DNA of 64,000 nt from Candidatus Omnitrophota bacterium (GCA_028693815.1 JAQUUP010000004.1:29683-93682), one strand, 5' to 3'; shown: positions 37,401-46,273, numbered from the stretch's first letter. Made by a program: numbers and translations. The notes: generated by a model from the letters alone, not told the origin.

Positions 37401-40400
37401 ACCGAAATGAGATATTTGCTTGAAAATTTTTCTTATTTAGAAAACGTTTATTTCGTCTTTGGAGCTTATGAGATTATTCCCCAAGAATATGAAGAAGAAT
37501 GGATGGAGAAATGTCCAATCCGGCTTAGCGGAAGAGAATGGTATGCAAAGCTTATCGAGAAGGTTTTTTCTGATGTGAACGACGTACGACGAACATCGAG
37601 CGACGCCCGCCTGCCGGCGAGGCAGGATTCACGCTTCACGATCGGCGAAGCTGCCGCCGACCTGCCTGACCGGCAGGCAGGCTCCGCGCAGGCGGGGGGA
37701 AAGTCCGCAGCCAATAACGAAAGTAAGTCAATCATCTCATCATCGATAGGGGTCAGGATGACTCAAGAAAAATTTAGTCATGAGCTGGGAAGACCTTTAA
37801 GTGAAGGTGAGTGGGCTCTTGTTGATGCGCTTTGGAGAATTGTGCCCTCTTCTAATGAGCAAAATCAATCTCTTTCTATCTGGAAGAGGGTGCGCAATCA
37901 GAAAATCTTTTCTAAAAAAGCATCAAGACCACGTTCTGCAGATGAGGATATTTTAGATATTTTTAGAAAGATGGATTTGGTGTTTAGAGGCGATGCTAAG
38001 CAAAAAAAGGATTTTATTTATCAAATGGAAAATTATGTTCATTTGTATTTAGAGAAAGAAAAGAATTTTGAAGGTTTGGAGCCTTTTGAGTTGCTAAAAA
38101 CGGTGTTAGCTCAAGCTAATCAGTCTCGGCCTTTGGATCGGACATTGATCGTGTTGAGCGATGTAATCGACAGAGGATTAATTAAGTCTGAAGAAACTAT
38201 CGTTGGAATTGCTGAGAAATTTCATTCTGATCCATCTCAATGGAAAGATATTCCTGATCAAAGCTCAAAAAAGAAGTCTATAATCGGGAGAAAACCGGTG
38301 GTTTTGTTGGTTGATGATAATCCAGGCCAGATCAGAGAGCTTAAGGTTTCTTTGGAGAATGCGGGATATGATGTTGACTTTGCCATGGCACCTGAAACAG
38401 GATTGAAGAAAATTGAGGAATCAATCCCTGATCTTATTGTCACCGATTGGGAAATGGCGCCTTTCATGGATGGCATAACATTTATTAAGAGACTTAAAAA
38501 ATCTTATCCAGATATTCCGGTTGTCTTTAGGTCAGGTGACGTTGGAGATGGTGATGACAGCCGTAGCATGCGAGGGAGTTTTATTTTAGCTGCGTTTGAT
38601 AATGTTGTTGCTGTTTCTGGGAAGTTTCGCGAAGAAGATGTCGCATTTCAAAAGATTCAAGAATTCGTCAAAACCTCCAGCCCGATGGGTGATCAGGTAT
38701 CGATAGATCTTGATATGGAAAAACCGCAAAAAGGATCTGTTTACGTAGGAAACGATGAAGTTTTTCCTAAAGCGGTGAGAGAATTTTTAGGAGACAGAAG
38801 AGTTTTGGTTATGGAAAATATATGCGATCAAGAGGTGGATGCGCAAACTCTTTCTTTGGCTCCTAAAAAGATAGACAATCCTGTTGCGCTTAGAGTGATT
38901 GTTGTAAGGTCAGCAGATAATCTGGAGGATAAAAAGCCTCTTTGCAATGTCTTTGTTTTGGATGCCTCAGATAAAGATGCTCCTATGTTGGCGTATTCAA
39001 GCATGAAGATGAACACGGAAGAAGGCTATTATATGCAGACATGGTCGAAAAGGACAGCTCCTTTTAGTATTCCAAGACAAGCTTTTATTCAACGGTCAAT
39101 AGTTTTATTGTTAGCTAAGGGAGGCATAAAGGAGCATAGATCTGATACTGAGGGAGGCTTGCAAAATGATCGATCTAACGATAGATATCTTAATATGAAG
39201 AACGATTCTCGCCTTGAGGTCATTGCTGATAAGGGCTATATTGTTAGATATATTGGTGCTTCGAGTGGTTTGATGGGGGATGGAAATGCTGAAGACAGTG
39301 ATCAGGATTTGCATATAACGGAGGCGCTTCGAAAAAAAATATCAGAAAGTGGCATGGTTAAGGCGTTTTCGGAAACCGAATTTTTTGAGGATCAAAGGAT
39401 TAAGAATGAAGATGATTTAATTGAGGCCCTTAATAAACATTCTCAAGGAGTATTTGATATTAGAGAGTTTAAGCAAAGAGAGTTTTTAGAAGACGTTTAT
39501 GCGTTTGGACCACGCGGAGAAAGACATAACAAAGTAGTTGAGGAATTAGGATTTATCCACTATATGACATCTTTAGAGCCATATAATTTTGTTTTTTCTC
39601 ATTTAATTAAGAAATTAATTCAGGAAAAATCTAAAATTGTTTTTTTTGTTGGCAGAAATCTTGATCAGCAACATTTCACGAAGCTTACAACTGAAGAGTT
39701 GAGATTGCTTTTTGATAAAGAGGGATCCATAGAAAATGTTTATTTTGTTTTTGGTCTTTATGATCCTTTGCCTAATGTTGAGAATGCGTATCAAATAAAA
39801 GAAGATTCTCATGATGATGTAACAGTCGAAATAGAAAAAGGGAGCGAGGACAGGGATCATCGGGTAGTGAAGAAACGCAGAGCCTTTCCCAAAACAGTTG
39901 CCAATGAAAAAGCTGTTAAGAAAATTGAAGAATTTTTAAAAACTGAAAAAGGATTTATCCAATATGTTCTTGATTTTGTGGAGAAAGAAAATGGTCTTAC
40001 TTACTGGTTCTCCGATGGTTTTATCGCCTATCTTAAGAAAAGATTAGAAAAAGAATTTTCAATAAACATAACAACGCGAATGCTTGTCGATTTGTTTGGG
40101 CTTAATTCGGGTCTCTATAGCCTAGGGTTAAATGATAAGAATTTGAAAACAGGAGGAATTAGGGATAGCACCCGAGATGTTTTGATGAGTGATTTTATGA
40201 GCCATCAAGGGCCAGAGGCAGAAAAATCAAAACGATATTTTATTGAATTATGTTCAAATAAATATGTTCAAAAAATGTTTAAAAATCTTGAGCCAGGAGC
40301 GGTATCGATTAGGGATGGTGTTACGCTTTTTGATTATTTGCTTAAACGTCTAAAAGAAAGTTTTTCAGGCTACGTTATCGATTTTATCAATTCAGGTGGA

Positions 40401-43400
40401 AATTCTTTTTGGGATTTAAAAGGTTCACAAGGACTTTATGCCTATTCAAAGAAAAGGCTTGAGCAACACTTAGGTGGAGAGATAACAAATCTCATGTATT
40501 CTAATTTGCTAGGTTTTTCTTTTCCTAGTTCAGAAAAAAGGCGCCTTACAGGTGTTATATATAGTAAAACAAGAGATTTGATAGTTGCAAGATTTAGGCT
40601 TGAAGGAGAAGCGAGAAAAGGCATAGATAAAATTTATGAAAATCAAACAAGAAATATCGATGAGGAAAAGCTGCGCACAATAAGATTAAAATCAAAAGCT
40701 GAGAATTATATTCGGGGAGGGGCGTTTGAGAAGTATGTAGTTGATTATATTAAGAAATATGGATCAGGAGTTTTTGCAGATACTAAGGGGAAAGAAGGTT
40801 TTTATTTTTATGCTAAAGAAAGAGTAGAGCTTGATCTCAACGCCAAGATAGATGATTTGCTTTTTAATCGTATTTTAGGGGTTAAATTTAATTTATCAAA
40901 GAAAAAGAGATTTCATACAAGATCTATGCTGATGAACCTTAAAAAGATCGATCTGATATGCAATAAATTTAATATCGACAAAAAAATTAAGAAATATTTA
41001 AAAGGTATATGTTTTCAGAGTAGAGAGGGGAAAAAAGCTATTCTTAATGACTTTTATGTCCCATATTTTAAAGAAAAGCTTGAAGAATATTTAAAGCGAG
41101 GGGATCAGAATATTGTAAGCCTTTTTGGGAAAGATGGATTTTTTTACTATCTTTTTACTAGGGGATCTTTTTTATTGGAAGCGCACGCGCAATTTCTTGG
41201 TGTTGAAGAGGATGTTTTGGCTAATTTAATGGAAGGAAACATCGAAGGGTCCATTCTCGATGAATTAAAATCGATTCCGATTACCATAGGTCTCAGCGCT
41301 AAATTGAAAAATATATTTTTGAATCTTTTAGAAGAAGAAAAGGAAAACAAAAAGTTTTCTGGCATAACTAATTTAAAGGAGTTCGCTTTTGGTCCCAAAA
41401 GGCAGGTTTTAGAATCGGTAGCTTCTAGCGTTGTTACGCTTAGAGACGGCAGCACGATTCCTGAGAGCGTGTATCGAAATGTGCGTGATGCTCTTGGCTT
41501 GCCAGACAACAGAAATCCTGAAAAGAAGTATTTTACAATTTTTCAGGGTGGCAGCAGTGATGAGGCAATAAGGATTTTGAGCCTAATTGCTTCTAAAGAA
41601 AATTTTAATAAAAATGATTTTTTAAATTTAGCGATGGGTGGCAACCGGGATTTGTTTAAAGATATTTTGCGTTATTTAGCAGAAAAAAATTTGGTTGTTT
41701 TTAGTGGAAAGTTTGAAGACAATATAAAATTTGATCGAGATAGCAGCTTGTCTATGGATAGCACAGTTGCGCTCTTGATTCGCGCAAGCATTGATACGAG
41801 CGGAGACCCTTTCAGAGGAACTACATATTTTGCTTTTCAAGATCCGCTTTCGCAGGATAGTAGTAAGATTTCTTCTCCCACCATTGACCTCGCGCAGGCC
41901 ATGACGGCAGGGGAAAAAACGAGTTCATCAGGTATCAAGCTTATCGATTCGAAATCGGTCAAGCAAGCCATTGAAGAGGCGAGTCCGTTCGATATTCAGG
42001 TTAATGGTCAAAAGATCCCCATTTATTTGTATTGTAATTTTTCTGATGATCTTAGGGCATACAAAAAGAATGTTGTTTCGTTGATGATCCAAGCGATGCC
42101 TTTTGGCAGGAATGTCCGTTCTCAAGAATACAGAGAGGGGATTGAGGGTCACCCGGCGCTTTCGAACCTTTTGAATATTTCATCTGATCTTGGAGAGCTT
42201 GAGAGAGGTGGGTTTTTTGGTTTACTAACTGCGTCCCTTGAGCAAAGATCTGATGGAAGCGTGGTTTTGTATTTTGAAGAGAATCAGTTTTCGAGCAATT
42301 TTAAGCGCATTAAGCCGGGTAGTGCGCGCAAAGCATATGAGGAGTGGGTTCCTCGAGCTCATAAACATCTCATTGATGTTTTAAAGAAAAATTTTAATGT
42401 GGTAGATGTATATGCGCTTTCCAAAGACGTTATCCATGAACATTATAAGAATGACCGCATTAGTAAGGCGCGGCTGAAAGGTGTATTTAAAAAAGACGCG
42501 GATGCGATCTGGAATGATCTTGTCGACCATCAATGGATTTTTTCATATTCTGTTGACGGATATGACATCGCGCGCGTTAATCCTGTGCCGCCTCAAGGCC
42601 GTGAAAGATTGGCCGGAGATTGGGATATGGAGAGATTAGATCGCTTTTTAAGTACTCCTCAATCGAAGGTGAGCGGAGAGAATTTAAGAGAAGCTTATAG
42701 CCTCCCTTATAATAGACCAGAGTGGCGACGCGTGACCATGCCTCTTCCTGAGGCTTTACGTTTCCAATGGGGAAACTCATTTTGGGGAAACACCGCAATA
42801 GTTGGCGATGTTGAACTTTATCATTATGAGCCGATGGGGGATGAGGCGCAAGGCAACAAGATTTCTTCGCCCACCTCCATTGACCCCGCGCAGGGAGGGA
42901 AAACTTCCTCTCCAACATTAGCTGAAATGCTTGTAGCATCGGAAGGGATTCCAAAATTTTTAATGGAAACGGCAAAAAGCGTTCTTTTTGAGAATGACGA
43001 GAAAATTAAGGAATTTTTAGGTATAGAGCAGATTAGAAGTGTTCGGTGTCGACCTTATTTTTTACATACACCATTGAGCCTTTTAGTTTTTACATTTGAG
43101 ACTGAAAAAGGACAAAGATCAATTTATGTTAAGCGTAAATGCTCTGACTTTGAACAAGAGCTTACTCTTGACGCTTCTCGGGAAGAGGTCTTTCCTCCAA
43201 GTATGATTTTAAATGAGTCCGATGGCAGAAAGGCACTGTTTATTCGAGGAATAGATGATGGGGCTTCTTTGGAAAAAGTTAAAAAAGACCCCGATTGGAA
43301 GAAGTTCTTTTTGAACAATGAAGAACATTTCGTTAAAAAAATAGGAAATCAATACGGAAAATTAAATAAAAAGGCAGATGTTATGCATCACGATGTTCTT

Positions 43401-45158
43401 CTAAGGCATATATTTATTACAAAAAATAAAAAGGTATTCTTAATTGATTTAACAACAGAAGATGATGATGGAAATCCGATGTCGTCTAGATGGAGGGGCA
43501 TGCTCCACTATCTAGGCGAGGATCTTTATAAGGTAAAAGGAAAAATTTTTAGTTTTGTCCGCGATCTTTATTCGAGCGACTTGGTTTCTGGAAAAATGTT
43601 ATTTAATGATTTTAAAAAGAAAGAAAATTTTTATCAACAGTGGGTTCAAGGAGGATATGACGAAATACCTGAAGAGGTTAATAGGCCCAGTAAAGAAAAG
43701 AATCCCTATTTTCCGGGGAAAGAAGAAATTGCCTCCAGCCCCGCTCAGGTAGGAGAGAGAGTTATTTCTCTGGATGATTATAGTAAGGGTGATTCAGATA
43801 TTCAAGGAAAAGCAGGTCAGTCGGCTGTCTATTTTTCCGAAGACGGGAAACATGTTTTAAAGATATTTAACAAAGATTTGGTTAAAAAGTATGTAAGTGA
43901 TGGCGAAATTTCCGATGCACATGTAGTTATTATGGCTAAAATTATATTGAATCTCTCTGAAGAAATGAAAAGAAAGTTCATGGACTCAAAAATAAAAATT
44001 GTAGTTCCTGAGCTTGTAAGAATCAAAAATGGTCCTTTGGCCCTTTTGTCAAAAAGAATAAAAGGGGGAGAGCCGTCTTTCTTAGATCGAGGAGCAGTTA
44101 AGAAGATAAGTGAATTTCGCGAACGGATTTCCGGCCTTCTTGCGTTTCCTATTCAGGACAGAAGAGAATTAGATTACACAAATTTTTTAATTGATGAGCT
44201 CACAGGGCAAATTTATTGTATTGATTTGATTGACATGATTAGCTTGTTCTACATTCTTGATCAGATCGAAGAGAAACCTTTTGACGACCTGGATCGGATT
44301 AGTAAAAGATTTATAAAAGATGATTTTGATAAAAAATCCATCTCCTTACCCATCGGCAAAGCCATCTCCGACCCCGCGCAGGCAGGGGATGGTGATCGTA
44401 GTCAAACGCTTGTGCAACGCTTTACAGGTAATTCTGTCATGGCAACTATTTCACAACGTAATAATGATGTGATCCAATTTATTAAGAATTTTCTTGAAAG
44501 CGATTCTATTTTTATAAAGGAAGCCATTAACCAAGGTGAGAATTTCTCAGATGAAGAAGTTAATAGTAGATGGAAGAAGATTTTAGAAGATTTTAGCAAA
44601 GATTTAGGCCCAAATCAGATTGTTGATAATTTAAAAGATTTTTTAAACATAGAAACGATAGGAAATTATGATATTCATCAAATGATATCTCATCAGATAA
44701 CGATTGCGCTAGGGGCCCTTGAGACTTTAACGGCCATTAAAAAGAAAAAGCCTGAAAAATGGACGGATCAAGAATATAACGCCGCGGTAGCCGAATGGGA
44801 GACAAGGGTAAAAGATTACGGCTTCCAAGCTTATATTACTTTGCGCGCTATTGAACTTGCTGCAAGAGAGGAAAAAATATCCTCTGTTTTCATAAACCAA
44901 ACAACCGGCGGTATTGATTTTGATCGAGACAATTGGGAGCTGGAGACTAGAGGCGAAGGAATTGAATTTGAGATTCCAGCGGAGCTTCAAGGGGTTAATT
45001 TTGATGAAATTCAAGGTTTTGTGCCTGTTATCATTAATATTGTGCCAATCACAAATATTTTGCTGATTCTCGGATTAAGTGAAAAAGATATTAAGAATCT
45101 TAAGTGGGCACAAGAGTTGCAAGTTGCAGATAAGCCTAGGGAATTAAGTCTGCTTTAG
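34461..45158 (+). CDS. giant 3565-aa multidomain protein: N-terminal signal/anchor, CCoAOMT-like SAM-methyltransferase core, GHKL ATPase, CheY-like receiver, duplicated unknown module, two atypical kinase-like cores
   Basis: A single open frame of 10,698 nt. Motif-level domain assignments are given in the findings. A promoter-like TGGCAA-17-TATACT lies upstream. Confidence 0.8.
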   Translation: MNKNILKNRPFLRAISLFVILAFGESVLIPQYVPKVLAQSALGVPSSGAVIHLSQPFTPVIFRGLKVFPKDPLRFDFIVDRADSKLEKEEFKSETEKLIRYFLASLTIPEKDLWVNLSPYEQDRIIPRSLGKTEMGKDMLAQDYLLKQITASLIHPEGDTGKKFWQRVYSRAYQEYGTTEIPVDTFNKVWIMPQKAVVYEFGDRAFVLESKLKVMLETDYLAMQEDRRERMEDRGGVPILTAGSQSKRNKFAQADLTSTQSLRKSGAHLKSKLASDIIRDIVIPELESEVNFGENFAQLRQIYHSMILAAWFKKKLKGSILNQVYADQNKIKGVDLVEENVSQEIYDQYLQAFKKGVCDFIKVEHDPYTNKNIPRKYFSGGIEWVASSNIEYVTNISSQPPVWVSSSSLEGVDLNLKPVFDAPDQEAGSNIVDLISALSLAGYPQKKNQQRNIVLIGSIDSLESAIFLSNKFPKSIIYVVEEDEQFFEELKKQLKEVDDDQNTTGIQLIHAHPSDVSDSLANEMIDLVLMDSHVDYYGYIQNELPDILKEIKRILKPKGIFCADSISYFKEAKQDLEVLGFFYSQPSEKKYKDWILVAEKKISSSVTDSAQSVISDLKKDLGQGPWVFYAFGEVPHIYWDDNLDIEFFKKKQQDFLRSATQLSKSIPFEFDLIQRGRLDSFTIELLKNAYDALLAVWDKELPQKNIALKNYIPQVMFDMSIDDDSLIISVYDNGIGDTASREIFTKHKNQKANEGKRYCYLGGGGWGLIKVQYIKSLYKGDFSLTLGNRSSRFTHAKITIPLSKLVIKNNEKLDKLSSFFIKSDSAQAKGNKISSPTTDPAQVVSSGILLPVDIEKEKQGFISDWNKYYQDGLGAEKMKLMVEKSKGVMSIYDFIKIWMVKSKKTLGGYSLGINEESYFGFCDLAGLTNHYEGYKEMEITFFGNPDHRYIQKISATGKPIVFFIPKNIFTYSDNYAQHTKTEMRYLLENFSYLENVYFVFGAYEIIPQEYEEEWMEKCPIRLSGREWYAKLIEKVFSDVNDVRRTSSDARLPARQDSRFTIGEAAADLPDRQAGSAQAGGKSAANNESKSIISSSIGVRMTQEKFSHELGRPLSEGEWALVDALWRIVPSSNEQNQSLSIWKRVRNQKIFSKKASRPRSADEDILDIFRKMDLVFRGDAKQKKDFIYQMENYVHLYLEKEKNFEGLEPFELLKTVLAQANQSRPLDRTLIVLSDVIDRGLIKSEETIVGIAEKFHSDPSQWKDIPDQSSKKKSIIGRKPVVLLVDDNPGQIRELKVSLENAGYDVDFAMAPETGLKKIEESIPDLIVTDWEMAPFMDGITFIKRLKKSYPDIPVVFRSGDVGDGDDSRSMRGSFILAAFDNVVAVSGKFREEDVAFQKIQEFVKTSSPMGDQVSIDLDMEKPQKGSVYVGNDEVFPKAVREFLGDRRVLVMENICDQEVDAQTLSLAPKKIDNPVALRVIVVRSADNLEDKKPLCNVFVLDASDKDAPMLAYSSMKMNTEEGYYMQTWSKRTAPFSIPRQAFIQRSIVLLLAKGGIKEHRSDTEGGLQNDRSNDRYLNMKNDSRLEVIADKGYIVRYIGASSGLMGDGNAEDSDQDLHITEALRKKISESGMVKAFSETEFFEDQRIKNEDDLIEALNKHSQGVFDIREFKQREFLEDVYAFGPRGERHNKVVEELGFIHYMTSLEPYNFVFSHLIKKLIQEKSKIVFFVGRNLDQQHFTKLTTEELRLLFDKEGSIENVYFVFGLYDPLPNVENAYQIKEDSHDDVTVEIEKGSEDRDHRVVKKRRAFPKTVANEKAVKKIEEFLKTEKGFIQYVLDFVEKENGLTYWFSDGFIAYLKKRLEKEFSINITTRMLVDLFGLNSGLYSLGLNDKNLKTGGIRDSTRDVLMSDFMSHQGPEAEKSKRYFIELCSNKYVQKMFKNLEPGAVSIRDGVTLFDYLLKRLKESFSGYVIDFINSGGNSFWDLKGSQGLYAYSKKRLEQHLGGEITNLMYSNLLGFSFPSSEKRRLTGVIYSKTRDLIVARFRLEGEARKGIDKIYENQTRNIDEEKLRTIRLKSKAENYIRGGAFEKYVVDYIKKYGSGVFADTKGKEGFYFYAKERVELDLNAKIDDLLFNRILGVKFNLSKKKRFHTRSMLMNLKKIDLICNKFNIDKKIKKYLKGICFQSREGKKAILNDFYVPYFKEKLEEYLKRGDQNIVSLFGKDGFFYYLFTRGSFLLEAHAQFLGVEEDVLANLMEGNIEGSILDELKSIPITIGLSAKLKNIFLNLLEEEKENKKFSGITNLKEFAFGPKRQVLESVASSVVTLRDGSTIPESVYRNVRDALGLPDNRNPEKKYFTIFQGGSSDEAIRILSLIASKENFNKNDFLNLAMGGNRDLFKDILRYLAEKNLVVFSGKFEDNIKFDRDSSLSMDSTVALLIRASIDTSGDPFRGTTYFAFQDPLSQDSSKISSPTIDLAQAMTAGEKTSSSGIKLIDSKSVKQAIEEASPFDIQVNGQKIPIYLYCNFSDDLRAYKKNVVSLMIQAMPFGRNVRSQEYREGIEGHPALSNLLNISSDLGELERGGFFGLLTASLEQRSDGSVVLYFEENQFSSNFKRIKPGSARKAYEEWVPRAHKHLIDVLKKNFNVVDVYALSKDVIHEHYKNDRISKARLKGVFKKDADAIWNDLVDHQWIFSYSVDGYDIARVNPVPPQGRERLAGDWDMERLDRFLSTPQSKVSGENLREAYSLPYNRPEWRRVTMPLPEALRFQWGNSFWGNTAIVGDVELYHYEPMGDEAQGNKISSPTSIDPAQGGKTSSPTLAEMLVASEGIPKFLMETAKSVLFENDEKIKEFLGIEQIRSVRCRPYFLHTPLSLLVFTFETEKGQRSIYVKRKCSDFEQELTLDASREEVFPPSMILNESDGRKALFIRGIDDGASLEKVKKDPDWKKFFLNNEEHFVKKIGNQYGKLNKKADVMHHDVLLRHIFITKNKKVFLIDLTTEDDDGNPMSSRWRGMLHYLGEDLYKVKGKIFSFVRDLYSSDLVSGKMLFNDFKKKENFYQQWVQGGYDEIPEEVNRPSKEKNPYFPGKEEIASSPAQVGERVISLDDYSKGDSDIQGKAGQSAVYFSEDGKHVLKIFNKDLVKKYVSDGEISDAHVVIMAKIILNLSEEMKRKFMDSKIKIVVPELVRIKNGPLALLSKRIKGGEPSFLDRGAVKKISEFRERISGLLAFPIQDRRELDYTNFLIDELTGQIYCIDLIDMISLFYILDQIEEKPFDDLDRISKRFIKDDFDKKSISLPIGKAISDPAQAGDGDRSQTLVQRFTGNSVMATISQRNNDVIQFIKNFLESDSIFIKEAINQGENFSDEEVNSRWKKILEDFSKDLGPNQIVDNLKDFLNIETIGNYDIHQMISHQITIALGALETLTAIKKKKPEKWTDQEYNAAVAEWETRVKDYGFQAYITLRAIELAAREEKISSVFINQTTGGIDFDRDNWELETRGEGIEFEIPAELQGVNFDEIQGFVPVIINIVPITNILLILGLSEKDIKNLKWAQELQVADKPRELSLL
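35180..35272 (+). repeat. structured hairpin element copy B, located in-frame inside the giant ORF
   Basis: The hairpin GACTGC-TGGGTC-GCAGTC is followed by TAAATTCG, a long hairpin (GCAGGCTGACTTGACG...CGTAAGTCAGGCGC) and TCATTTAAAAAG. It is translated as ...KRNKFAQADLTSTQSLRKSGAHLKSK... Confidence 0.6.
37570..37720 (+). repeat. GC-rich (about 70% GC) island with two perfect GC hairpins, in-frame inside the giant ORF
   Basis: The hairpins are CCTGCC-GGCGA-GGCAGG and CCTGCCTG-ACCGG-CAGGCAGG, embedded in an otherwise ~35% GC gene. The island encodes ...SSDARLPARQDSRFTIGEAAADLPDRQAGSAQAGG... Confidence 0.7.
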
Positions 45159-45276
45159 AGATGCGTAATTTTTCCTCTTTACAACTGATACCCTCAAATG
45201 TATAATGCAACCTATTCAATTTCTGATATATTAAATAATGCTATTTATATTTATTTTTTAAAAGAAAGCTTAAGTA

Positions 45277-46152
45277 ATGAAAAAATTGAAATTAGGGCTA
45301 CCTAAGGGAAGCTTGCAAGAATCTACGATCAATGTTTTTGAACGCGCTGGATTTAAAGTTCGCATGTCAAGTCGTTCATATTTTCCTGTGATTGATGATG
45401 ACGAGATTGAGATTGTGTTGTTGCGTGCGCAAGAAATGTCGCGATACGTGGAAGACTCAGCCCTTGATTGTGGGATTACAGGCAATGATTGGATTGAAGA
45501 AAATGGATCGGATATTGTACGTTTAGCAGATCTTCTTTATGCGAAGCAAAGTGCGTCAAAAGTACGTTGGGTCGTCGCTGTTCCAGAATCATCTAAAATT
45601 AAGACAGTCAAAGATTTGCAAGGCAAGCGTATCGCTACAGAGCTTGCGAATGCCACAAAAAAATATTTGAAGAAAAATAAAGTAAAAGCAGAGGTTGAAT
45701 TTAGCTGGGGTGCAACGGAAGCTAAGGTGGCATCGGGTTTGGTTGACGCAATTGTTGAGCTGACAGAAACAGGCAGTAGCCTTAAGGCCAACAAGCTTCG
45801 CATTATTTCAACTGTGTGTGAGTCTGCGACACAATTTATTGCTAATAAAAAATCATATCAAGACTCCTGGAAAAGAAAAAAGATGGAGCAAGTGGTCATG
45901 CTTTTAAAGGGTGCCTTGGATGCCGAGAGCATGGTGGGTTTGAAGATGAATGCACAAGAAAACGATCTTAATAAAATTTTAAAAGTGCTTCCAGCGCTTC
46001 AAAATCCGACGGTGTCACCATTGGCGAAAGAAGGTTGGGTTGCGATCGAAACAGTGATTCGAGAAAATGTTGTTCGTATTTTGATCCCAGAGCTTAAAAG
46101 CGCTGGAGCTTGTGGTATTATTGAATATCCATTAAACAAATTGATTAACTAA
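45277..46152 (+). CDS. hisG: ATP phosphoribosyltransferase, long form with C-terminal regulatory domain
   Basis: The N-terminus [23 protein letters not shown] and the 291-aa length match the long form. Confidence 0.85.
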   Translation: MKKLKLGLPKGSLQESTINVFERAGFKVRMSSRSYFPVIDDDEIEIVLLRAQEMSRYVEDSALDCGITGNDWIEENGSDIVRLADLLYAKQSASKVRWVVAVPESSKIKTVKDLQGKRIATELANATKKYLKKNKVKAEVEFSWGATEAKVASGLVDAIVELTETGSSLKANKLRIISTVCESATQFIANKKSYQDSWKRKKMEQVVMLLKGALDAESMVGLKMNAQENDLNKILKVLPALQNPTVSPLAKEGWVAIETVIRENVVRILIPELKSAGACGIIEYPLNKLIN

Positions 46153-46171
46153 ATTAAGGAACAGTTGTCTT

Positions 46172-46273
46172 ATGCCTTGTGGAAAAAAGAAAAAAAGAAA
46201 AAAGATTACTACGCATAAAAGAAAAAAATTAAGAAAATCTTTGCGTCATTTGAAAAAACGTGACCATAAATAA
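46172..46273 (+). CDS. 33-aa extremely basic peptide, candidate bS22-like (DUF1713/AURKAIP1-type) ribosomal protein
   Basis: The peptide MPCGKKKKRKKITTHKRKKLRKSLRHLKKRDHK has an RBS-like AAGGAA upstream. It falls below the ORF-track cutoff. It resembles the mycobacterial bS22 pattern KKRRKRMSKKKHRKLLRR. Confidence 0.4.
   Translation: MPCGKKKKRKKITTHKRKKLRKSLRHLKKRDHK

Noticed and set aside
37466-45014. Reverse-strand ORFs of 60-130 aa inside the giant gene (37466-37735, 41147-41509, 42577-42975, 44727-45014 and others)
   Set aside because: They are shadow ORFs on the antisense strand of a long, well-supported coding frame. They have no RBS context, and the GC-island one merely reflects its palindromic sequence.
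34461-45158. Possibility that the repeated CGCGCAGG-containing segments represent a CRISPR array
   Set aside because: The repeats are irregularly spaced, 1-5 kb apart, and lie in-frame inside coding sequence. They have no uniform spacers and there are no cas genes in the window.
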